From: Abditibacteriaceae bacterium
GTDB taxonomy: Bacteria > Armatimonadota > Abditibacteriia > Abditibacteriales > Abditibacteriaceae
Length of the DNA: 64,000 bases
Direction of reading: 5' to 3'
NCBI GenBank assembly: GCA_965277285.1
Contig: OZ255721.1
Location: 2,304,001-2,368,000 of the forward strand
Both the position numbers and the translations under genes were made by a program. Below, one piece after another: positions 54,508 to 64,000 of the stretch (the first letter of the stretch is position 1; the number at the start of each line of letters is the position of its first letter). The notes under the pieces are model-generated. The model saw nothing but the letters and a program-made list of their open reading frames with translations. It was not told where the DNA came from and searched no databases.

Positions 54508-54923
54508 AAACGAATATGAATCTGGAGGCGCACTGCACCTATAGTATAGGCTCGTGTAAGCATAGCATAAGACCTTATTTTCGGATCTACGGCACACTTG
54601 CCACAAGTGCATTCAAAGTCTTTTATCCTGCTTTGTTGCGCGTGTCCGGTGGATTGAAAGTCACCGGGCGCATCGTCTATCAATGGCGCCAGCCCCGCGT
54701 TGTTGCTTATGCCCTCGATCATATGAACGAGGGCATAAGCATACTGCAGGCGAAAGGCCCTGCAGCTTTTGGCCGATCCAGGCAGCAGTAGCGGCGATTG
54801 CGGTTTCTTTAGGCGTCGGCTTCGATTGCCTCAATCTCGCCGGTTCGCTTGGCGGCGCGCTCGTTTCAAATCGCCTGCGCTTCGTGCAGGACGAGGGAGT
54901 GTTCGACGAGGGCGTCAGCACGC

Positions 54924-55217
54924 TCAGGCATCCTGACCCTCAATCGAGGCGATGCAGCCCAACTCATCAAAAGCCGGAGAATTGACCGCCGTCGAAACCT
55001 CGTGCATCGCCATTTCTGCGTCGGGATAAGAGCGCAACATTTGAAGCAAAAACGGCACGTCATCGCGGTCGTTATCAGCCACATCGAGCCAGCGCGCTTC
55101 ATCGTCACGCCGCAAAATGGCCGGCATTTGGTTGTGAATCTGGCTCATTAAGGCGTTCGGCGCGGTCGTGATAATGGTGCAAGTGCGCAACGGTGAACCA
55201 TCGGGCGCAATCCATTT
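54924..55217 (-). pseudogene. C-terminal fragment of an SOS-response-associated peptidase (SRAP)
   Basis: TCTIITTAPNALMSQIHNQMPAIL...WL...VSTAVNS; N-terminus absent. Confidence 0.75.
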
Positions 55218-55306
55218 TAAAACAGCCGTATAATTATGAGTTCTGCTGCAGCGCGACCTTGATGCGCGTCATATTAATAAATGCTGAATGAAAGGAAAAC
55301 GTTATT

Positions 55307-56569
55307 ATGGTTTTGAATCGTTTCTTCCGCTACTTTTCAAAGAATAAGTCAGCCGACATTCCGTCGCTTTATCCCGATCTCGATCCGCTTCAACTCGAAC
55401 AGTTTCTCACGGACTCAGACTACGCCCACATAAAGTCATTCGACAATGTTTACGTTCTGCCGTTTTTTAGTCGAAAGAGTGAGCCAACGCAAAGTTGTTT
55501 CGGTCTCGGCCTTTCCCGACTCATGATTCGCAATCTGATGCTATTGCATGATGTCAGTATTCATGGGCCAGAGGACACGCCGCAGGTGCCGTGCGAGGCG
55601 ATTCATGCTGTGGCTGAGACTCATCCGCGATCATGCTATGTAACCGGCATCGCTAATTTCGGTTCAGACGGCTATTCGCTACAGGTTGAGGCCCAACGTC
55701 CGGGCCAACCAGTCAAGAACGCGTCGGTCCACCATGAGGACTTCAAGGCGTTTCTGCGCGACTGCACTTCCTCAATTGCCCAACTCCTCGGAAGCACAGT
55801 CGATGCCAGCATCGCCAATGCGTGGGAAGTGGCTCAGCCGCGTGACGTGAACTCGCTCGTTCAACTCGGCAAGATTCATCTCAATTTCCAGCACGAACAA
55901 ATGGTCGAGCGTGGCCGGGCAGCCCTGAAATTACTTGAAGTCGATCCCGATTTTGTTACTGCGCTGTGGGACTTCGACGAGGAACTACCGGGAGCCAGGC
56001 AGGAATACTTTTCGGCACTGAAACGCGATCCCTACAATGCCCAGCTTTGTTTTCTGACGTTTTGCACGATCTGGAACTCGAAGGGCCCGCAGCCGGAGGC
56101 GCTGCAATTTTGCCGGAGGGCGATCAAACTTTCACCAGGCCACGGCAAGGCTCATATGTGTGCTCCCCACGCCGCGCAGCAGCCGCAAAAGATGTTGCGG
56201 CACTCAGAACTGGGTTATCGCTTGCTGCCGGGCAACTCGTTCGCGGTCAACAATTACACAATTGCCCTGACTCGGACGAACGCCCCAGCGACTCAACGGA
56301 TTGAGCTTGCCGAAGAGGGTATCGCGGCGGACCCGCGTGACCCCGGTAATTATCTGAGGCTCATCGAGCTCTGCACCAGCCTGGGCAATCACCAATTCGC
56401 TCTTGCGACTGCCGAGCGGCTCCAAAAGCTGTATGAGCCGCAAATAGACGAGCGAGCGCTCTACTGTCTGCGCCAAAACCCCAGGATGGCCAAGTTGATC
56501 GACTCGGGCAGCTACGACCCGGCGGCGGCGAACCGTCAGCGTATCGCGGAACTTCGACAGCGTGTTTAA
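55307..56569 (+). CDS. TPR-like hypothetical protein
   Basis: 420-aa ORF with RBS AAGGA; repeats ALKRDP, AIKLSP, IAADP. Confidence 0.7.
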   Translation: MVLNRFFRYFSKNKSADIPSLYPDLDPLQLEQFLTDSDYAHIKSFDNVYVLPFFSRKSEPTQSCFGLGLSRLMIRNLMLLHDVSIHGPEDTPQVPCEAIHAVAETHPRSCYVTGIANFGSDGYSLQVEAQRPGQPVKNASVHHEDFKAFLRDCTSSIAQLLGSTVDASIANAWEVAQPRDVNSLVQLGKIHLNFQHEQMVERGRAALKLLEVDPDFVTALWDFDEELPGARQEYFSALKRDPYNAQLCFLTFCTIWNSKGPQPEALQFCRRAIKLSPGHGKAHMCAPHAAQQPQKMLRHSELGYRLLPGNSFAVNNYTIALTRTNAPATQRIELAEEGIAADPRDPGNYLRLIELCTSLGNHQFALATAERLQKLYEPQIDERALYCLRQNPRMAKLIDSGSYDPAAANRQRIAELRQRV

Positions 56570-56630
56570 AAGTGATGACCGAAAGAAAGTTCCAGCGCGT
56601 TCCTTGTCGCCGCGCTTTTTGCTGTGAGGA

Positions 56631-58895
56631 TTACGACGAAGGCTCGGCTATGGCTTTTTCGACGACGAGCGTGCTTAAATAGCTGGCTGCATATTGCGAA
56701 GCGGGAAAAAGTTGATTTCCGACGCGCCAGCGAATGAACGCATCGGCTCCGGGCGAGGCCACGTAAAAGCCTTCGGGCGTGTAAGCAATCCACTGGGGCA
56801 GTTTGGTTTGACGTATGTCATAAAGTCCCACATACCCGTCGTCTTGGCTGCCCTTCAACACCCAGAGCGTCGCCAGCAATCGAGTACTCGATGTGTCCCA
56901 AAATTTAGTGGTTCCATCCATTGAAGTTGAAACCAGACGTGTGCCGCGAGGCGACCAGGCCAAAGCGGTCACGCGTTCCGGATGGGCTTGGATAACGCGT
57001 CGTTGTCCTGTCTTCAAATCAAAGAGTGAGACGTTTCCTTGATCGTCGCCCATCGCCAACAATTGGCTATTGGGCGAAAAACTTGTGGCGTGTGTTTCGG
57101 TTGGCGCAATGTCAAAAGTTTGAACAGCTTTGCCGGTCGTGGTGTCCCAGAGACGCAGTTGGCGTTGTTGCTTTGCGGAGTAACGAATGCCAGCGACCTG
57201 CTTTGCATTTGGTGAAAGCGCGAGGAGTTGTACTCCTTCGGGGCGCGTCGCACCTTTGGCTTCTTCCTCCTCAATGGGGCGCGCTTCGCGTTCGACGTTG
57301 ATGGTGGAGAGCAGCGCGCCGTCCGCTGTCCAGCATTTGATTTGCGCCTTCTGACTTTGAGCCGTTGTCACTGTCTTGCTGTTGTGGCTCCATCTCAGGG
57401 CGCTGATGCTATCCCATTCTTCACCCAACCGTGCCTGAATCTTGCCGTCAGTGGTTGAAAGAATGGTTGTACGGAAGGGAAAGTCGGAAAAAATGGCGAA
57501 CGAGCCTGATGCAGAACCGGTAGCGGCGAGGTTTTTTCCATCTGGTGAAAGGATGAGCGCGCCAATTGCGCCGGAACTGCTGGCCTTTTTTTCGTACCAT
57601 ATTTTAGGATCGTCCAGCCGCCAAAATTCGATGTCGCCCGAGCCATTGATGTCGACCCGGCTCCCGGTGAAGAGGCGCGTACCGTCGGCGTCGAAAGTCA
57701 CCGCACCGATCATGCCGCCCATTACGGCCAGTGGATGTTGCAGCTTGAAGGGCTTGACATTCCAAACATAGGAAGTGCCGACGTTAGTTCCCACAGCAAA
57801 GCGTTTCCCGTCTCGTGAAAAGGCCGCTGACAAAAGTCGGCTAACCAAAGCATCCCATTGTTGCAGGATTTTCCCATCGCTGATCTGCACCAGGCGCGTG
57901 CTGCTAAAGCCAGCGATCACCGGTGTTTTGCCATTGCGCGCGAAAGCGTTGTCGTTAATTTGTTCTGAGGGGTAAAGCCGCATTGAGCGCAGCATTTTGA
58001 GGTTTGGCAGACTGTACAGGTCGGCGCCAACAGCGACGCTCTGACCATCCGGCGCGAAAGCTATGGCTGAACTCAGATGTTCCACTTTGGTTGTCGTCAG
58101 CAACGAGCCGGTGGCGTTGCGCAGTTCCAGGGTGTTGTTGGCGCTCTCGCTGCTTCGTGTCACTAAGAAAGTGTTGCCATCTGGCGCATACTGCACGCTG
58201 TAAATGTGGGCGTCTTTATCAATCAAGGTGCTTTCTGTGACGCCGCTTTGAGCATTTATGAGTTGTAGCTTTTGCCATCCTCCAGTAATCAGGTGATTTC
58301 CATCGGGCGAAAGAGATGTCAGGGAGTTGCTGTTCAAAGGCGGCAAGCTGCGCAAGGTTTTACCGGTGTCGTCAAAGAACTGGAGCTTGTTTTGTCCGTT
58401 GATGACGATAGTCTTGTTGTCTTGCGAGAAAACTGGTGTCCGAATTGCATCTGCCTTGATGAGCGTGCGCCCTGTTCCTGTTTCCAAGTTCCATAAACGT
58501 ATTTGACCCCAAATATCACTACTTAAAAGCGTTTTGCCATCGCTCGAAAAATTGAGATGGCGCAAATTGTTCTGATGGTTTTCCAGAACACGGATTAGTT
58601 CACTGCTGCTGCTATCCCAGAGTCGAATCGCACCGCTAAAGTCGCCCGTTGCCACTGTTTTCCCATCTGGTGAAAGAGCGACCGCTTGCACAAAGCCACC
58701 GGTTCCTTTCTGAATCACGAGTTCCGGCTTTGTGTTGGTGGCTACTGCTGTTGATGTGGGGTTTATTGTGTTTGCTAATTTGGATTCAGTGGATGTTTGC
58801 GCAATAGATGGCTGGCTGCTTGTGCTCCACAAAGCGGTTCCGATAGCCGTTCCCAAGACCACTTTCTTTGTGTTGGATTGCGGCTGTTTTTTCAT
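56631..58895 (-). CDS. WD40-repeat protein, probably secreted
   Basis: SPDGKTVATG...IRLWD, AWSPRGTRLVSTSMDGTTKFWD. Confidence 0.88.
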   Translation of the reverse strand: MKKQPQSNTKKVVLGTAIGTALWSTSSQPSIAQTSTESKLANTINPTSTAVATNTKPELVIQKGTGGFVQAVALSPDGKTVATGDFSGAIRLWDSSSSELIRVLENHQNNLRHLNFSSDGKTLLSSDIWGQIRLWNLETGTGRTLIKADAIRTPVFSQDNKTIVINGQNKLQFFDDTGKTLRSLPPLNSNSLTSLSPDGNHLITGGWQKLQLINAQSGVTESTLIDKDAHIYSVQYAPDGNTFLVTRSSESANNTLELRNATGSLLTTTKVEHLSSAIAFAPDGQSVAVGADLYSLPNLKMLRSMRLYPSEQINDNAFARNGKTPVIAGFSSTRLVQISDGKILQQWDALVSRLLSAAFSRDGKRFAVGTNVGTSYVWNVKPFKLQHPLAVMGGMIGAVTFDADGTRLFTGSRVDINGSGDIEFWRLDDPKIWYEKKASSSGAIGALILSPDGKNLAATGSASGSFAIFSDFPFRTTILSTTDGKIQARLGEEWDSISALRWSHNSKTVTTAQSQKAQIKCWTADGALLSTINVEREARPIEEEEAKGATRPEGVQLLALSPNAKQVAGIRYSAKQQRQLRLWDTTTGKAVQTFDIAPTETHATSFSPNSQLLAMGDDQGNVSLFDLKTGQRRVIQAHPERVTALAWSPRGTRLVSTSMDGTTKFWDTSSTRLLATLWVLKGSQDDGYVGLYDIRQTKLPQWIAYTPEGFYVASPGADAFIRWRVGNQLFPASQYAASYLSTLVVEKAIAEPSS

Positions 58896-59113
58896 TCTGA
58901 ATCCTGTTGCAGAGACTCGCGCATCACTTGGCGGCGCATGGCGGCAAAGGCGGCGGATTCCTTGCCTTCCTTGTCGAGAGAGGCAGTGTCATCGTAATTA
59001 CCTGCGCGTATTTCGACACCTCTTTCTTTAGCGTTATAGGCTTGGCTCTCGTCGCGCACAAAGGCGGCAATTTGGCTGTGTCATATCTTTTCTCATCGGT
59101 ATAGTTCTTCTAC

Positions 59114-60031
59114 CTACATTGTCAACTGAGTTGTCAACGCCTGCTCCACAGCCTGACGATAAGACAGAAGCGTTCGCGGCAGAAGCGAGCGTATGGGCTT
59201 GGGATCACCGCTCGCATCAGCCTTCAGGCTGTCCAGAAATCCCTTGAGCGATCCTTTTGGCAAGTGGCCTGCCCGTTCCATAACCGGAGCGAGCACGCCC
59301 AGGAGCGCAAGAGGAATCTGGAGCTTGAGGGGAGGGCGTCGACCGAGGATTTCCGCGTTGGCATCGATCATTTGGCTTTTTGTCAGAACGTCGTCGTTGC
59401 CCACATCGTAGCATTGCCCATACGCACGTGAATCATCGAGCACGCTCACGAGATAGTAGATCAGGTCATCGACAGCGATGGTGCGCATCTTCTGCCCGCC
59501 GCCCAGGAAAACGGCGACCGGCTTTTTGGCCTGGCTCGCCAGCATCTCGAAACCACGGCCACCCGCGCCAACGATCATACCTGGTCGAATAACCGTCACA
59601 TCCAGGCCGCTACCCAGCAGAAACTGTTCCCCTCGCCAGCGCTCGCGCAGCCATTCGCTCGACGCATCAGCCGCGATCCCAAGGGATGTGACGTAGATCA
59701 GGCGACGCACGCCCTGCGCCTGGCAGCCCGTGACGATGTTCTGTAACCCGTTCAACTCGACCGCCATGAAGCGTTGTTTCGCTCCGCCCGCCGGTTGGGG
59801 TGAAAGCGTGTGTATAGCAATGTAGACCGCTGCGACGGATTCCAGAGCTTGCTTCATGGACACAGGATCAGAAACGTCACCTTTGACAATCTCGCAGCCA
59901 ATCGTCGCCAAATCCCCGATCTTAGCCGGGTCGCGCGCCACACAGCGGACGGTGTATCCGCCTGTCAGCAGTGCTTGGGCAATGCGCCGCCCGAGAAAGC
60001 CCGACGCGCCGACAATCAGAACTCTTCTCAT
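59114..60031 (-). CDS. NAD(P)H-binding atypical SDR
   Basis: VLIVGASGFLG Rossmann motif. Confidence 0.85.
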   Translation of the reverse strand: MRRVLIVGASGFLGRRIAQALLTGGYTVRCVARDPAKIGDLATIGCEIVKGDVSDPVSMKQALESVAAVYIAIHTLSPQPAGGAKQRFMAVELNGLQNIVTGCQAQGVRRLIYVTSLGIAADASSEWLRERWRGEQFLLGSGLDVTVIRPGMIVGAGGRGFEMLASQAKKPVAVFLGGGQKMRTIAVDDLIYYLVSVLDDSRAYGQCYDVGNDDVLTKSQMIDANAEILGRRPPLKLQIPLALLGVLAPVMERAGHLPKGSLKGFLDSLKADASGDPKPIRSLLPRTLLSYRQAVEQALTTQLTM

Positions 60032-60104
60032 AAATTGCCCTTCTTCATCGGAGACTGGCCGACACCGGAGACTGGCCGACACGCTCCGTTCAAGCACGCT
60101 CCGT

Positions 60105-61001
60105 TCAGGTTCCAAAATAACTTGGGCGGTCGAGATCGGCGATGAGGCCAGGCTGCGTCGGCTGCCATCCCAATTGTTGCTGAGTCCGAGTACTCGATGC
60201 CGGAGCGTCGACACCAAGGAAGTGCCCAAGGAAGCCGAAATGCTCCATGGCCTCCTCCGGGGATTTGCTGACCATTGGCAAGTTCAGGCGCCTGCCGATG
60301 ACCTCGGCGATCTCCCGAACCGGCACGCCCTCGTCGGCGACCCCATGATACCTGGCGCCTGCCTCACCTTTCTCCAGCGCCAGCCGGTAGAGATGCGCCG
60401 CATCCAGCCGATGCACCGCTGGCCAGTGATTCAGCCCATCGCCGATATACGCCGAAACGCCCTTTTGACGCGCCACATTGATGACAATTGGAACAAAGCC
60501 GTGATCGCCGTCGCCATGCACCGACGGCGGGAGGCGCACCAGAGACACGCGCACGCCACGCGACGCCAGCGAAAGCGCCAACTCTTCCGATGCGGCGCGC
60601 GGAAACGAGCCGGGGCCGACATCGGGTACGGTTTCTTCGGTGGCGAGGCGACCCGGCGAAAGGATCAAGGTTCCAGAGGTCACGACAAACGGGCGATCAG
60701 ACCCCGCGAGCGTGTCGCCGATTGCCTCAATCGCTCCGCGATCCGTCGCGCTGGCCGCCGCAAAGTCCACGAAGTCGTGAATAAAGGCGGTGTGGATCAC
60801 GCCATCCGACGCTGCAGCGCCACTCCGCAGACTATCGAGATCTTCGAGCGAACCGCGATGCACTTCGGCGCCCGCGGTGGCCAGCGAGTTGGCGCTCTCA
60901 TCCGAACGGGCGAGGCCCAGCACTTGATGACCCGCGCCGAGCAGTTCTTGAACAATGGCGGAACCGATGAAGCCTGTGGCTCCAGTTACAAAAATACGCA
61001 T
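60105..61001 (-). CDS. Extended SDR / NAD-dependent epimerase family oxidoreductase
   Basis: MRIFVTGATGFIG, VIHTAFIHDF, WPAVHRLDAA. Confidence 0.9.
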   Translation of the reverse strand: MRIFVTGATGFIGSAIVQELLGAGHQVLGLARSDESANSLATAGAEVHRGSLEDLDSLRSGAAASDGVIHTAFIHDFVDFAAASATDRGAIEAIGDTLAGSDRPFVVTSGTLILSPGRLATEETVPDVGPGSFPRAASEELALSLASRGVRVSLVRLPPSVHGDGDHGFVPIVINVARQKGVSAYIGDGLNHWPAVHRLDAAHLYRLALEKGEAGARYHGVADEGVPVREIAEVIGRRLNLPMVSKSPEEAMEHFGFLGHFLGVDAPASSTRTQQQLGWQPTQPGLIADLDRPSYFGT

Positions 61002-61067
61002 GATAAAGTTCTCCTTGATCTTGAGGGAGCAGCCATCTTTGGTTGTATGTGGTTGACAATCCCCAAT

Positions 61068-61952
61068 TTACGACAAGACTGCGGGTTTGAGCACTTCTTC
61101 GCACCACTGCCGAAAACTTGTTGGCGTGGTGTTTTCGGGCGTTCGCGGCTCGGCGTTGTCGAGGCCGTTGTTCTTGGCGACCATCATCTCGACATAGCCT
61201 TCCGCAAACGCCTGCGACATTCCGCTCTCCAGAAGGCGGGCCTTGAGGGCGTCGAAAGGGATTTGTTGGTAGCGCACCGGCTTGTCCAGCACCTCCGACA
61301 TGATTTGCGCCATGTCGTTGGAAGACAAGTCTTCGGGGCCAAGAACCGCGACGTGACCTTGTCCGCTCCAGGAAGAATCGAGCAGCAGCTTCGCGGCAGT
61401 CGCGGCGATGTCGCGTGTGGCGCACGTCGGAACCGCTTTGTCCCCGTCAAAGGGCGCGAAAAACATTCCCTGATGCTTGATCGAATCGACCTGGCGCAAC
61501 AGATTATCTATGAACCCGGGCAGCGCCAACGCCCGAAAGTTGGCGCCCGTGCCCGCCAGCAGATCGTCCATCGCCAGCGACGCTGTGACTATTCCGGCTT
61601 GTCCGGCCAGTGCCGACCCGCGACCAAGGTTTGAAACCCCAACAACCCGTTTCACGCCTTGGCTTTGGATGGCATCGCAAGCTGGTCGGGTGAAATCCAC
61701 ATAAGCGGCTTCAAGGCTTGGAGTGTGCGGAGCCGGGGGCGCGAGCCAGAACACGGCGTCGGCACCGGCAAACGCCCGGTTCACAACTTCGGCGTCGCCG
61801 TGCGATCCCTGCACGACTTCGACACGCTCGCGCGTGTTCGCGGGAATGCGCGACGGGTCGCGGGCGATTATGCGAACAGCCTCGCCGCTTTGGAGAACGT
61901 TTTCGAGCACCTGATGGCCAATTCTGCCCGTAGGCGAGGTGATGATAATCAT
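61068..61952 (-). CDS. NmrA-family NAD(P)-binding protein
   Basis: IIITSPTGRIG, ATRDIA, GPEDLS. Confidence 0.88.
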   Translation of the reverse strand: MIIITSPTGRIGHQVLENVLQSGEAVRIIARDPSRIPANTRERVEVVQGSHGDAEVVNRAFAGADAVFWLAPPAPHTPSLEAAYVDFTRPACDAIQSQGVKRVVGVSNLGRGSALAGQAGIVTASLAMDDLLAGTGANFRALALPGFIDNLLRQVDSIKHQGMFFAPFDGDKAVPTCATRDIAATAAKLLLDSSWSGQGHVAVLGPEDLSSNDMAQIMSEVLDKPVRYQQIPFDALKARLLESGMSQAFAEGYVEMMVAKNNGLDNAEPRTPENTTPTSFRQWCEEVLKPAVLS

Positions 61953-62121
61953 AAAATCTCCTAAACCTCAAGTGCCTCATCAATCAAGCGTGCGAGAATC
62001 AAGTGTGCAAGTGAGGCAAACTGCAAATTACAAATGAATGCCTCCCGACTGAATGCCTCCCGAAATGCCTCCTGACACGTCGATGTGTTAGCCATTAATC
62101 CAACGACTGTGTTCGGTCGCT

Positions 62122-62778
62122 TTAGCGGTGTTCAATCAAATCGTTCTGGTCATAGCGCACTTTGGGCAAATCGCCGTATTTGTCGTCCGAGCTGCGATAG
62201 CCAGCGGTCGCAATCACAGTTGCGCTGTAACCTTCGACGCTCAAAATCTCATCGAACTTGGAGCCGACAAAACCTTCCATCGGGCAGGCATCGACACCAA
62301 GCAAAGCCGCCGACACCAGGAACTGGCCAAGCGCGATGTAAACCTGGCGCTTGTTCCACTGCAGCATATCGTCGGGCGTCATGTGCGAGATCGCGCCGCC
62401 GATCATGCCCGCGTAGCCATCGAGCGATTCCTGCGGCATGTGGCGAATTTCTCCGGTCGCCGTCATCAGTTTCTGCACGTCTTCGTCGCCCAAGGCGTTC
62501 TTGGCAAAAAACACCACAAGGTGCGAGCACGAAGTAACTGAAGGCTGATTCCAGGCGTGCGGCAACAGTTCCGCTTTCAAAGCCTCGTCGGTGACAACCA
62601 CGAACTTCCAGGGTTGCAAACCGAAGCTCGAAGGCGACAAAATCAGCGCTTTTTCGAGCGTCTGCCACGTCGCGTCATCGATTTTGCGAGTATCGTCGAA
62701 CAATTTGACCGCGTAACGCGCGTTGAGGGCATCAAGCAGAGCGTCGAAGTTGAGAGTGGATGCGAGTGTATTGGACAT
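62122..62778 (-). CDS. Nitroreductase family protein
   Basis: RYAVKLFD, SPSSFGLQPWKFVVV, DACPMEGF, PKVRY. Confidence 0.9.
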   Translation of the reverse strand: MSNTLASTLNFDALLDALNARYAVKLFDDTRKIDDATWQTLEKALILSPSSFGLQPWKFVVVTDEALKAELLPHAWNQPSVTSCSHLVVFFAKNALGDEDVQKLMTATGEIRHMPQESLDGYAGMIGGAISHMTPDDMLQWNKRQVYIALGQFLVSAALLGVDACPMEGFVGSKFDEILSVEGYSATVIATAGYRSSDDKYGDLPKVRYDQNDLIEHR

Positions 62779-62831
62779 GATGTTACTGGTCTCCGAATTA
62801 AAGAATTGAAATGACACACGGCAGGCTGGAT

Positions 62832-63557
62832 TCACCAGGCAAGCAGTTCGCCCAGATACGAAAAGGTGCCGTTTGGCCCGTCGTTGGGGATGGTGGCGAG
62901 TTCGACGCTTGTTTTGGCGCCTTCTTCGAGCGTCAAATCGCCATGGGGGTTGAGGTCGGTTTTGACGCTGCCAGGATGGATCGCGTTGGCGCGATGCGGT
63001 GTGTTTTGCCACTGACTCGCATATTGAACCGTCATCATATTGAGCGCGGCTTTGCTCGACGCATAGGCGACAAATTTGTAGTTCTTCATCGGCCCCTCGA
63101 AGTCGGCCTGAGCCTCCAAAGACCCTCCAATCGAGGACACGTTGACCAGTCGCGCTGCCTGGGATTTCTCCAGCAGAGGCCAAAAGGCGCGGGTGACTTC
63201 GTGAACGCCAAAAACATTGAGGTCGAAAGTCTCGCGTAACGCCGAGGTCGGCACGGTCGAGGGCAGTGTCATGTCCTCTTTCACGGCAAGGCCCGCGTTG
63301 TTGACCAAAACATCGAGATGGCCGAATTTCGCTTCGACTTCACCTTTAGCGCGTTCAATGGAATTCACGTCTGTCGGATTGATGTGCAGAAAATGTGCGT
63401 CAAGTCCGGCCGATTTGAGTTCGCTGGCAGCTTCTCGTCCGCGCGCTTCATCGCGCGCGCCGATGAGCACGGTGAACCCGTGATCGCGCGCGAGTTGACG
63501 GGCGGTTTCGAGTCCGATACCTTTGTTGGCGCCGGTAATGAGTGCGATTTTATTCAT
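62832..63557 (-). CDS. Classical SDR (carbonyl reductase-like)
   Basis: TGANKGIG, VNNAG, YASSK. Confidence 0.92.
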   Translation of the reverse strand: MNKIALITGANKGIGLETARQLARDHGFTVLIGARDEARGREAASELKSAGLDAHFLHINPTDVNSIERAKGEVEAKFGHLDVLVNNAGLAVKEDMTLPSTVPTSALRETFDLNVFGVHEVTRAFWPLLEKSQAARLVNVSSIGGSLEAQADFEGPMKNYKFVAYASSKAALNMMTVQYASQWQNTPHRANAIHPGSVKTDLNPHGDLTLEEGAKTSVELATIPNDGPNGTFSYLGELLAW

Positions 63558-63736
63558 GGTTTTTCCTTTGCGTTTGGAGCCTCACCAGAGCGTCCCAATG
63601 ACTTGTACTCCAGCAGGCGGTTTCTTCCTGTAAGCCGTTACAAGGTGTAATCCGTCAACAGGGCGTTCCTCAGACACGATGATGTTCGAGTACTCGATTG
63701 ACTGGCTTCCAGTGAAAGTCGTCAACATGACGTTTC

Positions 63737-64000
63737 TCAGGATTCGGAGGAAACAGTCACCAGCAATTTGCCTCTGGAACCACCATGATCCAATTGAACT
63801 TGCGCCTCGCCAACCTGCTCTAACGAAAAGCGCCCGGAGATCGTGAGGCGGAGATGCCCATCGTCCAACATTCTCGCCACGCGCCCCAAATCGTCACGGG
63901 TTGATTGTGCCATGGCAAAAAGGCCTCGCTGTCCGGGTGAACGCGAGAGAGCGAGGTTCGGCTGCCCCGCAGCCAGCACGAGCATCCCGTCCGGTTTCAA
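63737..64000 (-). CDS. NADP-dependent MDR/quinone oxidoreductase, C-terminal part (partial)
   Basis: FSLEQVGEAQ...SRGKLLV C-terminal signature; runs off the window end. Confidence 0.7.
   Translation of the reverse strand: MKPDGMLVLAAGQPNLALSRSPGQRGLFAMAQSTRDDLGRVARMLDDGHLRLTISGRFSLEQVGEAQVQLDHGGSRGKLLVTVSSES

Noticed and set aside
54704..54741. Hairpin TGCTTATGCCCTCG...CGAGGGCATAAGCA as an ncRNA
   Set aside because: Single copy with no family motifs; more likely a REP remnant or terminator.
59856..61634. 592-aa plus-strand ORF
   Set aside because: Antisense shadow of recognisable SDR/NmrA genes.

Overview
A 64-kb bacterial chromosomal window with roughly 55% GC by eye. The DUF1559 prepilin-type genes and large secreted proteins suggest an Abditibacteriota/Armatimonadota-like genome (inference). 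The left 41 kb is core-like: a LacI regulator, UspA, xfp-fba-ackA, tRNA-Leu(CAA), an alpha-2-macroglobulin, several glycoside hydrolases and SGNH esterases, an ABC exporter, an M42 peptidase, an MFS transporter and a T-box-controlled ilvC-leuA-leuC-leuD operon. From 41.5 to 47.9 kb lies a degenerate integron-like cassette region riddled with IS elements. The right part is accessory: a TA pair, pseudogenes, TPR/WD40 proteins and an oxidoreductase cluster. Highlights: (1) the 12-bp palindrome TCGAGTACTCGA occurs 36 times exactly by manual count, plus about 13 one-mismatch copies, in all reading frames and between genes, but not in the IS/cassette block. (2) An IS621-like IS110 element carries a bridge RNA that can be read from the sequence and is programmed against an integron attC site, and that RNA is itself interrupted by an IS5. 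(3) A GxxExxY nuclease-like gene is bracketed by 9-nt-period inverted repeats that also occur as gene-less MITE-like copies. (4) A Leu T-box riboswitch carries heptamer-repeat insertions.
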